Of a DNA stretch of 54,546 bases, positions 28,543 to 40,388 are shown piece after piece. A model generated the notes under the pieces. The model was not told the origin of the DNA. It was given only the letters and a program-made list of their open reading frames with translations, and ran no database searches. Numbering within the stretch: position 1 is the stretch's first letter; every line of letters starts with the position of its first letter. Origin of the DNA: an uncultured Candidatus Cloacimonadota bacterium (GTDB lineage: Bacteria; Cloacimonadota; Cloacimonadia; Cloacimonadales; TCS61). The position numbers were made by a program, and so were the translations under genes. The stretch lies in contig CAYQOZ010000001.1 in NCBI GenBank assembly GCA_964419355.1, forward strand, positions 1 through 54,546, read 5' to 3'.

Positions 28543-30751
28543 ATTTTTTCAAATCCTCCTCGGTTGCCAAAACTTCTCTCGATTTACTGCCGACATGCGG
28601 TCCGACAATTCCAGCTTGCTCTAACATATCTATTAATCTACCGGCTCGGGCGTATCCAATTTTGAAATGTCTTTGCAACATTGAAACCGCAGCAGAACCG
28701 GCTATAACTGTTGCAAGAGCGGCTTCTGGAAAAAGTTCATCATCATAATCTAAATTGGAAATCATAGGAAGCTCCTCTTTGATAATGGTAATTTCATCTT
28801 CCGGTTTTGGTTGCATTTTGAGATATTTCACAACTTCGTGAACTTCTTCTGGGTCAATAAATGCACCATGAATCCTAACTGCATTTCCAGTTCCGGGTGC
28901 AATAAATAGACTGTCGCCCAATCCCAAAAGACTCTCGGCTCCATTTGAATCGATAATAACTCGAGAGTCAATCTTTGTGGAAACCTTAAATGCAATTCTG
29001 GATGGAAAATTTGCTTTGATAATTCCAGTAATAACCTTGATGGATGGTCGTTGCGTAGCAAGAATTAAGTGAATTCCAATCGCTCGAGCCATTTGTGCAA
29101 GTCGAGTAATTGGTCTCTCTACATCTTTGCCGATGGTCATCATCAAATCTGCTAGCTCATCCACGATAATAATGATAAATGGCAATGGTTTGTCTTCAAT
29201 TTGCTCTTCTTCTGCTTTCCCTTTATTTTTTTCAATTATTTTTTTGATTTTTTTATTATAGGTTTTCAGATTTTTTACCTTGTATTCTTGCAACAATTCA
29301 TAGCGTTTTTCCATTTCGTTAACCGCCCATTCCAAAGCTGTAAGAGCATTTTCTGGGTCGGTAACAACTTCTTGAATTAAGTGCGGAATCCCCTCATATC
29401 CGGAAAGCTCTATTCTCTTTGGATCAATTAAAATAAAGCGAGTTTCTTGCGGAGTTGTGCGGAATAAAATGCTATTGATAATCGTATTCACACACACACT
29501 TTTTCCAGATCCGGTGGCACCAGCAATCAATAAGTGTGGCATTTTGCCAAGATCTGCCACCATTGGTTTTCCAGAAATATCTTTTCCTAAACCGATTGCT
29601 AATTTACTGCCCATTTTTTGCATCTCTTCTGATTGCAAAATTTCTTTTAGGTAAATTGTATCGCGTTTTACATTTGGAATTTCGATACCAACCAACCCCC
29701 TTCCCGGAATAGGTGCTTGAACTCGAATGCTTTTTGCTTTAATTGCTAAAGCAAGATCATCAGCTAATGTATGGAATTTATTAACCTTAACTCCCGGAGA
29801 AGGTTCTATCTCGTATTGGGTAATAATTGGTCCGATATTTACATTTTTAACTTCTGCTTCCACGCCAAATTCTGCCAATTTATCAATCAATATTTTGCTA
29901 GTATTTTTTATATTTTCCTCGATTTTTACCCTATCCTCTTTTGTAGCTTTTTTGGAAATAAGGTAATGCTCAATATTTGGTATTTTATATTCCGGACGAG
30001 GATTATTTGAAATTTCAGATTTATCCTGCGTAAAATTTTTCTTTATTACTGGCTTTGGAGGAATCTCGTTTTTTTTCTTTTCGCTCTGGGATGTATGGTC
30101 TGTTATTTTGAGAGATTTTTTTCTCTTTTTAGCTGGCTTTTTTCTCAAATTTTTAATGAATTTAATTATTGTTTTTGTTAAATTTGAAAATTTTTGGTAT
30201 GATTTAATTAGAAAAATTTTAACTGTTTCCAATTCAAATATTAAAACTAAACAAGATAAAATTATCACAAATGAGATGATGACTGTTCCTGTTGTATTAA
30301 ATATACCTGTGAAAAAATCAAACACAATTTGTGGTAGAAAACCTTTATGCAACACGGCATCTGGCCTTACAAATAGCAACAAAAGATTGATGAAAAAGGC
30401 AAAAATAATAAAAAATGTCGTTTTTTGAATTGGATGTTTTTCCGACTTAAAAAAAAGAGCAAAAAAGCCCATTAAAAGTGTTCCAATTAAAAGCGAGAGA
30501 CTAAAAAATTTCCCGAAAATTACGATTAACCAAAAACCGAAAAACACTCCAAAAGGCCCAATTGGGTTGTTCAGGTCAGGAAATTCTAATTTAAGAATTT
30601 GAATAAAACTTAGCTTTGCTTCTTGGATAGTATCGTAATCGTGGCGAACGCTGTTTACATCTACTGAAATTGAAACAATAAATAATATCGAAATCAGAAA
30701 TATGCTTATTCCTCCCAATATTGACCAAAAACTTTTCTTCTCATTTTTCAT
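28523..30751 (-). CDS. ftsK: DNA translocase FtsK/SpoIIIE
   Basis: Start set at ATG 30751, preceded by GGAGG at 30756-30760. N-terminal TM helices. Walker A AGATGSGKSV, Walker B IIIIVDELADLM. C-terminal winged-helix gamma domain LQRHFKIGYARAGRLID. Confidence 0.9.
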   Translation of the reverse strand: MKNEKKSFWSILGGISIFLISILFIVSISVDVNSVRHDYDTIQEAKLSFIQILKLEFPDLNNPIGPFGVFFGFWLIVIFGKFFSLSLLIGTLLMGFFALFFKSEKHPIQKTTFFIIFAFFINLLLLFVRPDAVLHKGFLPQIVFDFFTGIFNTTGTVIISFVIILSCLVLIFELETVKIFLIKSYQKFSNLTKTIIKFIKNLRKKPAKKRKKSLKITDHTSQSEKKKNEIPPKPVIKKNFTQDKSEISNNPRPEYKIPNIEHYLISKKATKEDRVKIEENIKNTSKILIDKLAEFGVEAEVKNVNIGPIITQYEIEPSPGVKVNKFHTLADDLALAIKAKSIRVQAPIPGRGLVGIEIPNVKRDTIYLKEILQSEEMQKMGSKLAIGLGKDISGKPMVADLGKMPHLLIAGATGSGKSVCVNTIINSILFRTTPQETRFILIDPKRIELSGYEGIPHLIQEVVTDPENALTALEWAVNEMEKRYELLQEYKVKNLKTYNKKIKKIIEKNKGKAEEEQIEDKPLPFIIIIVDELADLMMTIGKDVERPITRLAQMARAIGIHLILATQRPSIKVITGIIKANFPSRIAFKVSTKIDSRVIIDSNGAESLLGLGDSLFIAPGTGNAVRIHGAFIDPEEVHEVVKYLKMQPKPEDEITIIKEELPMISNLDYDDELFPEAALATVIAGSAAVSMLQRHFKIGYARAGRLIDMLEQAGIVGPHVGSKSREVLATEEDLKKYGLYQN

Positions 30752-30761
30752 ATTACCTCCA

Positions 30762-31835
30762 TTAAACACTAAATCTGATACCGAGAATATCGCCATCTTG
30801 CACAATATATTTTTTTCCTTCCAGTCGGAATAGTCCTTTTTCACGCAGTTTTTTTTCGTTTCCGCAATCAATTAAATTTTCGAAGGAAAAGCATTCTGCC
30901 CGAATAAAACCACGTGCCAAATCAGAATGTATTTTACCTGCAGCCTCTACCGCATCACTTCCTTTCACAATTGTCCAGGCCCGAACCTCGTCCTTCCCAA
31001 CTGTAAAGAAACTTATGTTTTGCAGAAGCTCGTAAGAAAGCTTGGTAAGTCGATCTCTGGCAGATTGTTGAATATTGATATCCTTCATAAAATCTTGTGC
31101 ATCTTCGGTAGAAAGCGAATTTAATTCCATTTCAAAATTGCCCGCGAACTCAATCACTTTATATTTTTTGCCGATTTCTGTTAGAAGTTGCTCATTATTT
31201 CCAAAATTATTTTCGTCTGAATTGACAATAATTAGAAAAGGTTTTTGAGTGATAAATTGAAATCCTTTTATCGCTTTTTTTTCCTGCTCAGAAAGTTTAA
31301 TTTCAGAAATTGGAATCTCTTCATTTAGTTTTTTTATAATTAGTTCAATTACTACTTTTTCAAGATTCAAAGCTTGCTCTTTTATACCACGCTTCATGCT
31401 CAATTCAATGTTTGCAAGTCGTTTTTCGGCAATAATCAGGTCAGAAATTATCAATTCAGGAATTATCATATTAATGTCTGACAGCGGGTTTGGATCACCA
31501 AGAGTTTCCGAAATCACATTGTTATCAAAATTGCGAACAACCAAAGCAATAGCATCTGTCGTTTTTGCCAAAGCGACTAAATTTGCAGAGAGAGATTCAT
31601 TTTTGTTTCCAGAAAGTCCAGCAAAATCAATGTATTCAATGTTGGCATAAACAATTTTTTGGGGCTGATACATTTCGGCAAGCTTGGTGATTCTTTCATC
31701 CAGCACCTCTGCCATTCCCAAATTTGGTTCTGCTTTTTCCAAAGAATATGGAGTTATTTCAGCATCCAAACCCGTAAGTGCATTAAATATTGTTGTTTTT
31801 CCAGAGTTTTTTAATCCTAAAATTCCTAATTTCAT
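30762..31835 (-). CDS. ychF: Redox-regulated (Obg-like) ATPase YchF
   Basis: G1 motif GLKNSGKTTIFNALTG. C-terminal TGS-like region YIVQDGDILGIRFSV. Confidence 0.9.
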   Translation of the reverse strand: MKLGILGLKNSGKTTIFNALTGLDAEITPYSLEKAEPNLGMAEVLDERITKLAEMYQPQKIVYANIEYIDFAGLSGNKNESLSANLVALAKTTDAIALVVRNFDNNVISETLGDPNPLSDINMIIPELIISDLIIAEKRLANIELSMKRGIKEQALNLEKVVIELIIKKLNEEIPISEIKLSEQEKKAIKGFQFITQKPFLIIVNSDENNFGNNEQLLTEIGKKYKVIEFAGNFEMELNSLSTEDAQDFMKDINIQQSARDRLTKLSYELLQNISFFTVGKDEVRAWTIVKGSDAVEAAGKIHSDLARGFIRAECFSFENLIDCGNEKKLREKGLFRLEGKKYIVQDGDILGIRFSV

Positions 31836-32560
31836 AATTTTCCTTTGCGAGTATAATTTTTCAATGATGCAATCTCATTTGGTTTTAGAGTTCGCCACAT
31901 TCCCACCGGCAAATCATCCAGTTTCACAGAACCAATCTGCAAGCGTTTTAACGCCAAAACCTCTGAGCCTACAATTTTAATCATGCGTCTGATTTGTCTT
32001 TTTCTGCCTTCGTAAATCGTGATTTTTATCGTGGTTTTATTATCTTTTTTGTTTTGAACAAAGACTGTTGCTGGAAGTGTTTTTTTCCCATCTATAACAA
32101 CGCCTTTGCGTAGTTTTTCAAGCTGATGATTAGAGAGCATTCCTTTGATTAAAACTTTATAAAGTTTTGGCAATTTATAGCGTGGATGAATTATTCGATT
32201 GGCAAAATCGCCATCGCTTGTGAATAACAATAAACCCTCAGATTGATAATCTAACCTACCGATTGAAAAAAAATGACAGTCCAAATCTGGAAGTAAGTCG
32301 AACACAATTCTGCGATCAAAATCATCGTTTGCGGTAACTAAATACTTTTTCGGCTTGTTTAACATTATGTATATATTTTGCTTGCTTGGGCTGATTTTTT
32401 TGCCATCAAATTTGACTACATTCTTTTCTGTATCAACTTGATAACTCAGATTGGTAATAATTTCACCATCTATTACAATTCTTTTGTCTTTAATCAATTT
32501 TTCAACTTTTCGACGAGAACCTAAATTGCATAGAGTTAGGTATTTATTTATTCTAATCAT
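31832..32560 (-). CDS. rluB: RsuA/RluB-family pseudouridine synthase
   Basis: S4 domain RINKYLTLCNLGSRRKVEKLI and catalytic motif GRLDYQSEGLLLFTSDG. Confidence 0.85.
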   Translation of the reverse strand: MIRINKYLTLCNLGSRRKVEKLIKDKRIVIDGEIITNLSYQVDTEKNVVKFDGKKISPSKQNIYIMLNKPKKYLVTANDDFDRRIVFDLLPDLDCHFFSIGRLDYQSEGLLLFTSDGDFANRIIHPRYKLPKLYKVLIKGMLSNHQLEKLRKGVVIDGKKTLPATVFVQNKKDNKTTIKITIYEGRKRQIRRMIKIVGSEVLALKRLQIGSVKLDDLPVGMWRTLKPNEIASLKNYTRKGKL

Positions 32561-32565
32561 CTATT

Positions 32566-33054
32566 TCACCACTGCTCCAAGCTTTCATTAATTATTTTCA
32601 GAAATAGTTTGGAAATTATCTCATTTTGGGCTTCTTCTTCAGAATTAAATCCACTATTTTCATCCGTTTGCGAATAATTTTCTGAAAGAGAAAGGGAATT
32701 ATTTTGCCAAATAATTTCGTTATTAATCAAATCCATTAAGGTTACTTTGAACAATATTCGCACTTGATATTCGTCGACATTACTAACTCCATATTCGCGA
32801 ATTTTATGAGAATAATCAAGAATATTTCCAGAGAGCATACTATTTGGATTCAGATTTGCAAGTTTTAATCTTCCATCATCTTGAAATTTATCCATCAACT
32901 GACGCAAAACATTTTCTTCAAATTGATATTGAGTCGTTTCATTATCGAACGACTCTATTTTTATTGTCTTTAAATGAGGAAAACCGCTTGTATAAACGGA
33001 ATAGCTACATCCAAATAAACACAAAATAACGAGTAAAAATATTATCTTTTTCAT
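32566..33054 (-). CDS. LptE-like lipoprotein
   Basis: ATG 33054 gives MKKIIFLLVILCLFGC. The ORF-track TTG at 33066 is an alternative start. KTIKIESFDNETTQYQFEENVLRQL resembles LptE. This is a weak call. Confidence 0.45.
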   Translation of the reverse strand: MKKIIFLLVILCLFGCSYSVYTSGFPHLKTIKIESFDNETTQYQFEENVLRQLMDKFQDDGRLKLANLNPNSMLSGNILDYSHKIREYGVSNVDEYQVRILFKVTLMDLINNEIIWQNNSLSLSENYSQTDENSGFNSEEEAQNEIISKLFLKIINESLEQW

Positions 33055-33156
33055 GCATTTTAACAATTAAATTTTAGCTGAGATGTCAAGAAAATAGTAG
33101 TATATCTTGACATAAAATGGTTGTTTTTACGATGGAAGAAAAATAAGAGGTGAAAA

Positions 33157-33822
33157 ATGGTAAAAGAATATCTAACAATTAGAGAAACTGCGAATCAGTT
33201 AAGGTTGACGGATTCAGTCGTTAAAGAGATGCTTAAATCGCGGATATTTGAGGTTAAAAATAGTAGTGGCTCTCAAAAAATTAAAAAAACCCAAGTAGAT
33301 GAATGGCTGGCAAACTTAAACGAAAGAGAAATTGAGCAACTTGCTTTAAATAGATTGGTCTGTAAATTTTCAGATTATTTTGATTCCAAATATATTTTAT
33401 TAGATTTTCAAGCAGAAAATCGTTATGAAGCAATTGGAGAGATGGCTAAATTTGCAAAAAACTTGAAAATCGTTAAAGACCACAGATGGTTATATAATGT
33501 CGTAGTTGCCAGAGAAGAGTTGGTTTCAACAGCAATCGGAAATGGCGTTGCTTTGCTGCATTCTAGACATTTTCATCCTTCAAAAGTGAATAAACCATCA
33601 ATCCTTGTTGGTAAATCTATCAAGCCAATTGAATTTGATTCAATAGACAATCAACCCGTTAATCTATTTTTTATGTTACTCTTACATAATGATGCCCAAC
33701 ATTTGTTTTCTTTATCATATATTTCTAAATTGTTAATGAATCCTGAAATTACCGATGGGTTAAAAAAAGCTAAATATAAAAAAGATGTTCTTAATTTGGT
33801 TACAAAGAAAATATTGAATTAA
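33157..33822 (+). CDS. Helix-turn-helix + PTS EIIA type-2 (PtsN-like) domain fusion protein
   Basis: N-terminal excisionase/MerR-like HTH YLTIRETANQLRLTDSVVKEML. EIIA-2 core reads VSTAIGNGVALLHSRH, with the His conserved. Confidence 0.7.
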   Translation: MVKEYLTIRETANQLRLTDSVVKEMLKSRIFEVKNSSGSQKIKKTQVDEWLANLNEREIEQLALNRLVCKFSDYFDSKYILLDFQAENRYEAIGEMAKFAKNLKIVKDHRWLYNVVVAREELVSTAIGNGVALLHSRHFHPSKVNKPSILVGKSIKPIEFDSIDNQPVNLFFMLLLHNDAQHLFSLSYISKLLMNPEITDGLKKAKYKKDVLNLVTKKILN

Positions 33823-33831
33823 TCTATTTTA

Positions 33832-33847
33832 TGTTTCACGTGAAACA
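33832..33847. promoter_or_regulatory. parS: parS centromere-like site (perfect palindrome TGTTTCACGTGAAACA)
   Basis: 16/16 match to the Spo0J/ParB parS consensus TGTTNCACGTGAAACA. It sits in a 22-nt perfect palindrome (33829-33850) between convergent genes. parB is present at 44020-44868. Confidence 0.85.
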
Positions 33848-33850
33848 TAA

Positions 33851-35083
33851 TTATTTTTGATAATATCTTTTCATCCAGCGTAAAGTTTTATCGTATCTAC
33901 TGCCTGAATTCCAAAGAATATAACCATCTGCTTTTGTGTCTTCTATCGCCTTGATTTGTGAAATTAGATATTCATAGTCATAATTCACTTTCCAACTAAA
34001 TGCCTGAATATATGGAATAATTTTGCATTTTTTTTCAGTGTGGCTTTGAGAAAGATGCGTAGCTTTATACATAATGTGATAAGATTCATTGCGAACATTT
34101 TCCCTATACCCAAAATCATCATTGAAGTGTGATGAATATATCATCGGGTGTATTGCGTCCAAATATCTTGTCATTCGAGTAATATTTTGTCCCGTTGATT
34201 TCATATCAGAAGCCCTTTGCCAAGCCACAATTGCAAAAATATCTGCTGTAAGTTTTACATTTTGTTTTTCGCAAATCAATTTTGCCTGTTTAACAAAATC
34301 AACGATAATATCTTCTTTTTCTCTGCCGATGTATGTGCTATCTTTCTTAGATTTAATAATATCTTCTTTTTGAAAATCGAAAATTGCTTTTGAAATTTTT
34401 CCTTGAGTAGGAAACCTAATGTAATCTAATTGTATTTCATCAACTCCTTGAGTTGCAATTTTTGAAATTATTTTTAATAATTCTTTCTGAACTTTTTTAT
34501 CAGAAGAATCAAGCCAAGAAGGCCCCCTTTTTTTGCTCTCAACCCACGCCGATTTGTTTGCCAAAGATGGCCTAATTAGAGAATCTGCATTAGCCCAAAT
34601 CTGGTCGTGAAACATAACTACTCGAGCAACTGCCTTCATATCTCTCTTGTGAAGCGCCTTAACTGTTTTGGAAATATTAATTATCGGTTCTACTTTTTTG
34701 CGACTGAGAGAGTCATTTTGCGGCATTGAAAAGAAAATATTGCCATTCATGTTTTTTAAATCAAAAATTATTGTATTTATTCCAGCAGCTTCTGCACTAT
34801 CCAATACAGAATGAAATTTCTTTGATGCAACGGTGTATGCCGTTAAATATAATCCTTTTGTAAAATCAAATCCTATTGGTTGATTAATCTCATTTGACTC
34901 ATTTTTAATTTCCGTTTTGGATGAAATTATTTTTTTGGAAGTATCAATTTTAGTTTTATTAATGTTTGGTGAAGATTTACCTATTTCTTGCTCAATTTGT
35001 TTTTTTTCAACACAAGCAGTTAACAATAAAAAAAATAATAGAAACAAAAATGATGTTTTATTCATAAATTTGAAAAACCTCAA
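33851..35083 (-). CDS. Putative glycoside-hydrolase-like TIM-barrel lipoprotein (DUF4015/GHL family)
   Basis: Lipobox LLLTAC. Motifs GLYLTAYTVAS...AGINTIIFDLKN and GVDEIQLDYIRFP. Confidence 0.7.
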   Translation of the reverse strand: MRFFKFMNKTSFLFLLFFLLLTACVEKKQIEQEIGKSSPNINKTKIDTSKKIISSKTEIKNESNEINQPIGFDFTKGLYLTAYTVASKKFHSVLDSAEAAGINTIIFDLKNMNGNIFFSMPQNDSLSRKKVEPIINISKTVKALHKRDMKAVARVVMFHDQIWANADSLIRPSLANKSAWVESKKRGPSWLDSSDKKVQKELLKIISKIATQGVDEIQLDYIRFPTQGKISKAIFDFQKEDIIKSKKDSTYIGREKEDIIVDFVKQAKLICEKQNVKLTADIFAIVAWQRASDMKSTGQNITRMTRYLDAIHPMIYSSHFNDDFGYRENVRNESYHIMYKATHLSQSHTEKKCKIIPYIQAFSWKVNYDYEYLISQIKAIEDTKADGYILWNSGSRYDKTLRWMKRYYQK

Positions 35084-35097
35084 GGTTCTCCTGAAAA

Positions 35098-35490
35098 CTA
35101 TTTAATATCCAATCTCACCAAAGCTCGTTTTAGGGCAAATTCTGCTCTACGAAAATTAATATTTTTTTCATTGCTTTTAAGACGTTTTTCTGCTCTCAAT
35201 TTTGCACTTTTTGCACGAGCTTTATCAATTTCAGATTCTTTTTCAATAACCTCAGTTACAATTGTTATTTGATTATTTTCTACTGTTACAAATCCATCGT
35301 GAATTGCGTATTTATCCACTTTTTCACCCTTGTAAAGTAACAAAATTCCTGTTCGTATTTTAGTTACAAATGGAGTGTGGTTTTTAGAAATTCCAAAATC
35401 ACCATCTATTCCAGGAATAATTATGTGGTCGAATTCTCCTTTGATTTTTGTTTTTATTGGCTGAATTACTTCCAATTTTATTTTTGCCAT
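35098..35490 (-). CDS. atpC: F1 ATP synthase epsilon subunit
   Basis: Position is after atpD. IIPGIDGDFGISKNHTPFVT motif, and a size of 130 aa. Confidence 0.88.
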   Translation of the reverse strand: MAKIKLEVIQPIKTKIKGEFDHIIIPGIDGDFGISKNHTPFVTKIRTGILLLYKGEKVDKYAIHDGFVTVENNQITIVTEVIEKESEIDKARAKSAKLRAEKRLKSNEKNINFRRAEFALKRALVRLDIK

Positions 35491-35496
35491 TTTGAA

Positions 35497-36903
<1,407 letters not shown>

Positions 36904-36921
36904 CTATTTTTTTTATTAATT

Positions 36922-37776
36922 TTATTGTTTAATAGCTTCAGCCCCAGAAGCTATCTCAATTATTTCTGTTGTAATCGCCGCTTGTCGTGCTCGATTGTAT
37001 TTAAGCGTAAGCTCGTCAATCAAATCGGCTGCATTTTCGGTGGCAGATTCCATCGCCGTCATGCGTGCACCTTGTTCAGCAGCAGAAGATTCCAACATAA
37101 TTCTCCAAATTTCCACATTAATATATTTTCTTCCCATCTCTTCGATAATCGTATTTTCATCTGGTTCATAAATATAATCCAGTTGGGAAATTTCTTCAGT
37201 ATTAGGTGAAGTGATGGGCAAAAGCTGTTTAGCAACAATGTCTTGCTGAAGAGCAGACTTAAATTCATTATAAATTACATCGATTTTTCTATAATTTTGA
37301 TTTAGAAAAAGATTGATAATTTGATTAGATACATCTTTTGAAATGGAAAAATTCATCTCATTAAATAAACCCAAATATGGTTCAGCAAGCTTATTTGAGC
37401 GTTTTTTTAAATAATCAAATCCTTTTTTTCCAAGACAGATTACATTTGCTTGCGGATTTTTTTTAATATAAATAATTGCTTTTTTGATGATTTGCGAGTT
37501 AAAGCCGCCACAAAGTCCGCGATCTGAGGTTACCACAATAACGGCGGATTTTTTCACATTTTCACGTTCATTCAAAAGAGGATGCGAATTTACTGTATTC
37601 TTTAATTTTATCGAGCGAAGCATCTGGTTAATGTGGTCGGCATACGGGCGAGCTTGCACAATTCTTTCTTGTGCTTTTCGCAAGTTTGCCGCCGCCACCA
37701 TTTTCATTGCATTCGTTATTTGCTTGGTGCTTTTGATGCTCGCAATTCTCGTTTTAATTTCTTTAATGTTTGCCAT
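36922..37776 (-). CDS. atpG: F1 ATP synthase gamma subunit
   Basis: N-terminus IKTRIASIKSTKQITNAMKMVAAA. C-terminus LTLKYNRARQAAITTEIIEI. Confidence 0.93.
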   Translation of the reverse strand: MANIKEIKTRIASIKSTKQITNAMKMVAAANLRKAQERIVQARPYADHINQMLRSIKLKNTVNSHPLLNERENVKKSAVIVVTSDRGLCGGFNSQIIKKAIIYIKKNPQANVICLGKKGFDYLKKRSNKLAEPYLGLFNEMNFSISKDVSNQIINLFLNQNYRKIDVIYNEFKSALQQDIVAKQLLPITSPNTEEISQLDYIYEPDENTIIEEMGRKYINVEIWRIMLESSAAEQGARMTAMESATENAADLIDELTLKYNRARQAAITTEIIEIASGAEAIKQ

Positions 37777-37803
37777 TAAATCCTCTAAATTACTTCTCCA
37801 AAA

Positions 37804-39303
37804 TTAAAGTTTTTCCATAACTTTCTTACAGATATTTTCCATCTCTTTTTTGATTTTATCAGTGATTTTTTCCTCAATTAATTTAGTCGCAAAGTCTTTA
37901 TATTGAGAATCTAACGTCGAGAACAGCTCTTCTTCCACTTTCTGAATATCCTTATTTTCCACTTTGTCCAAATAGCCTTCATTCGCCATAAAAATAATCA
38001 TAATCTGTTTTGCAACGGGAAGCGGTTCATATTGACCTTGTTTCAAAATTTCAATTAATCTCTCTCCGCGACGGAGTTGAGCCTGAGTTGCTTCGTCAAG
38101 ATCGGAACCAAATTTGGAAAATGCTTCCAACTCGGCATATTGAGCAAGTGCTAATCGAAGCTGACCAGTTACGCCTTTCATCGCTTTAATTTGAGCGCTT
38201 CCACCCACTCGCGAAACAGAAAGACCAGCATTAATGGCGGGTCGAATTCCAGAGTAAAATAGCCTAGAACTTAAATAAATTTGCCCATCTGTGATTGAAA
38301 TCACATTTGTGGGAATATAGGCAGTAATGTCGTCCGCTTGTGTCTCAATAATTGGAAGTGCTGTTAATGAACCTCCACCCTCTTCCTTGCTAAGTTTGGA
38401 AGCTCTTTCCAGAAGTCTTGAATGTAGATAAAAAACATCACCTGGATAAGCTTCGCGACCAGGAGGTCTTCTGAGAAGTAATGACAATTCGCGATAAGCA
38501 ACTGCTTGCTTGGAAAGATCATCATAAATAATAAGAGCGTGTTGACCTTTATCGCGGAAATATTCCCCAATTGTACAACCAGAAAACGGAGCCAAATATT
38601 GTAACGAAGCAGATTCGGAAGCAGAAGCAGAAACAACGATAGAATAATCCATTGCTTGATGTTCTTCTAAAACTTTCACTATTTTTGCAATCGATGATTT
38701 TTTTTGCCCAATTGCAACATAAACGCAAATCACATCAGTATCTTTTTGATTAATAATTGTATCTATTGCGATTGCTGTTTTTCCAGTTTGACGGTCGCCA
38801 ATAATAAGTTCACGCTGTCCTCGTCCAATCGGAATCATTGAATCAATTGCTTTAATTCCCGTTTGAAGTGGTTCTTTTACAGGTTGCCTTTGGATAATGC
38901 CAAGAGCTTTTCTTTCTACTGGTTCTTGTCTTTCAGCGACAATTTCGCCTTTTCCGTCAATTGGTTGACCTAATGCATTTACCACTCGCCCCAACATTTT
39001 TTCACCTACTGGAACCTGTAAAATTCGTTTGGTTCTTTTGGCAATATCACCTTCTTTAATTTTATGCGATTCTCCAAAAATAATGCAACCTACATTATCT
39101 TCTTCCAAATTAAGGGCCATTCCTACAACGCCACCCGGAAACTCTATCATCTCACCAGCCATTATGTTGTCCATTCCGTAAATACGGGCAATTCCGTCAC
39201 CTACCTGCACAACTTTTCCGGTTTCTGCTACATCAATTTCAAATTTGAAATTGCTTATTTTTTCTTTTAAGATCGAACTTATTTCATCCGGTTGAATTCT
39301 CAT
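37804..39303 (-). CDS. atpA: F1 ATP synthase alpha subunit
   Basis: Walker [16 protein letters not shown], plus [33 protein letters not shown]. Confidence 0.95.
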   Translation of the reverse strand: MRIQPDEISSILKEKISNFKFEIDVAETGKVVQVGDGIARIYGMDNIMAGEMIEFPGGVVGMALNLEEDNVGCIIFGESHKIKEGDIAKRTKRILQVPVGEKMLGRVVNALGQPIDGKGEIVAERQEPVERKALGIIQRQPVKEPLQTGIKAIDSMIPIGRGQRELIIGDRQTGKTAIAIDTIINQKDTDVICVYVAIGQKKSSIAKIVKVLEEHQAMDYSIVVSASASESASLQYLAPFSGCTIGEYFRDKGQHALIIYDDLSKQAVAYRELSLLLRRPPGREAYPGDVFYLHSRLLERASKLSKEEGGGSLTALPIIETQADDITAYIPTNVISITDGQIYLSSRLFYSGIRPAINAGLSVSRVGGSAQIKAMKGVTGQLRLALAQYAELEAFSKFGSDLDEATQAQLRRGERLIEILKQGQYEPLPVAKQIMIIFMANEGYLDKVENKDIQKVEEELFSTLDSQYKDFATKLIEEKITDKIKKEMENICKKVMEKL

Positions 39304-39310
39304 ATTAACC

Positions 39311-39847
39311 TCATTTTATGAAATTTTGTTTAAATTTTTCTAAGTTATTTTTCACCGAGCCGTCAATCTGCATAGATTCGGTCTCCGCTATAAATCCACC
39401 AATTATTTCAGGTTTTATTTTAATGTCCAAAATTACCTCTTTTTTTAATATCTTTTTAATTTGGGATTTAATGTTTTCAATGGTTTCCCCAGATTGCTGA
39501 TGAGCTACTTTCAAAATAACTTTTGTTGTGTTGGAAGCATCTAAAATTAAGTGCTCCAAGTCGTTGATTATAATTAAAATAATGGAAAATTTGTGCCGTT
39601 CTATTAAAAGGTCAAACAGATTTTTCCAAATATCTTTATTCTGAAGTTCTGCCGCGATTGAATCTGCAAAAGCAATTTTTTTATCTATCGAAATTAAATA
39701 AGAATCAGTCTCTTTTGATAGACTTTTATTTTCATTAAATAGAGACCTAATTGCAACAATATCTTGAAGATAGGAGTTGTAATCATTGTTTTTAATGCTT
39801 TTAAAAACAGCCAAAGAGTAACGGCGAGCAATCAAAATATTTTTCAC
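39311..39847 (-). CDS. atpH: ATP synthase delta (OSCP) subunit
   Basis: Lies between atpF and atpA. Size is 178 aa. C-terminus reads [22 protein letters not shown]. Confidence 0.8.
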   Translation of the reverse strand: MKNILIARRYSLAVFKSIKNNDYNSYLQDIVAIRSLFNENKSLSKETDSYLISIDKKIAFADSIAAELQNKDIWKNLFDLLIERHKFSIILIIINDLEHLILDASNTTKVILKVAHQQSGETIENIKSQIKKILKKEVILDIKIKPEIIGGFIAETESMQIDGSVKNNLEKFKQNFIK

Positions 39848-40326
39848 TTTTTGCCCCGTTCTGCAATAATTCCTTTTATTAATTCTTTATCTTTATCGTC
39901 ATTAATTTTATCGCTGAGAAATTTTCCAGATAAATCTGAAACCATATTTGCCAACTCACTTTCCAATTTTTGCAAAGTTTTTACTTTCTCGTGTTCCAGT
40001 TGGGCTTCGGTATCTTTCAAAATTCTTTTTTCCTTATTTTTTGCTTCTTTTAGAATTTCGGTCGCTTTACTTTCCGCATCACGACGAGAATTTTGCTTCA
40101 TTTTTCTAATTTCTTCAGTCGATGCTTTTAGTTCTTTCCCGCGTTTAGAAACCAGCTTTTCTGCATCTTCGCGTGATTTTTTTGCACCGTCCATGTCGGC
40201 AACAATCGTTTGTTTTCGTTCTTCTAAAAACTTTTTGATTGGTTTGTAGAGAATTTTATTCAATACTGCCATTAGTACAATAAAATTTAAAATAACAATA
40301 ATTAAAGTATAATCTATACTTATCAT
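39844..40326 (-). CDS. atpF: ATP synthase Fo b subunit
   Basis: Single N-terminal TM followed by a long charged helix. Canonical operon position. Confidence 0.82.
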   Translation of the reverse strand: MISIDYTLIIVILNFIVLMAVLNKILYKPIKKFLEERKQTIVADMDGAKKSREDAEKLVSKRGKELKASTEEIRKMKQNSRRDAESKATEILKEAKNKEKRILKDTEAQLEHEKVKTLQKLESELANMVSDLSGKFLSDKINDDKDKELIKGIIAERGKK

Positions 40327-40388
40327 CTATAACTCCGATTTTCTTTTCAAGCAAGCTACTTGTTTAATTCAATAATCCCAAAAATTCT

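Noticed and set aside
33829-33850. 22-nt perfect palindrome first read as a plain bidirectional terminator.
   Set aside because: Its core is an exact parS 16-mer, so parS is the primary call. Only the plus direction has a trailing T-run, so at most it also acts as a unidirectional terminator.
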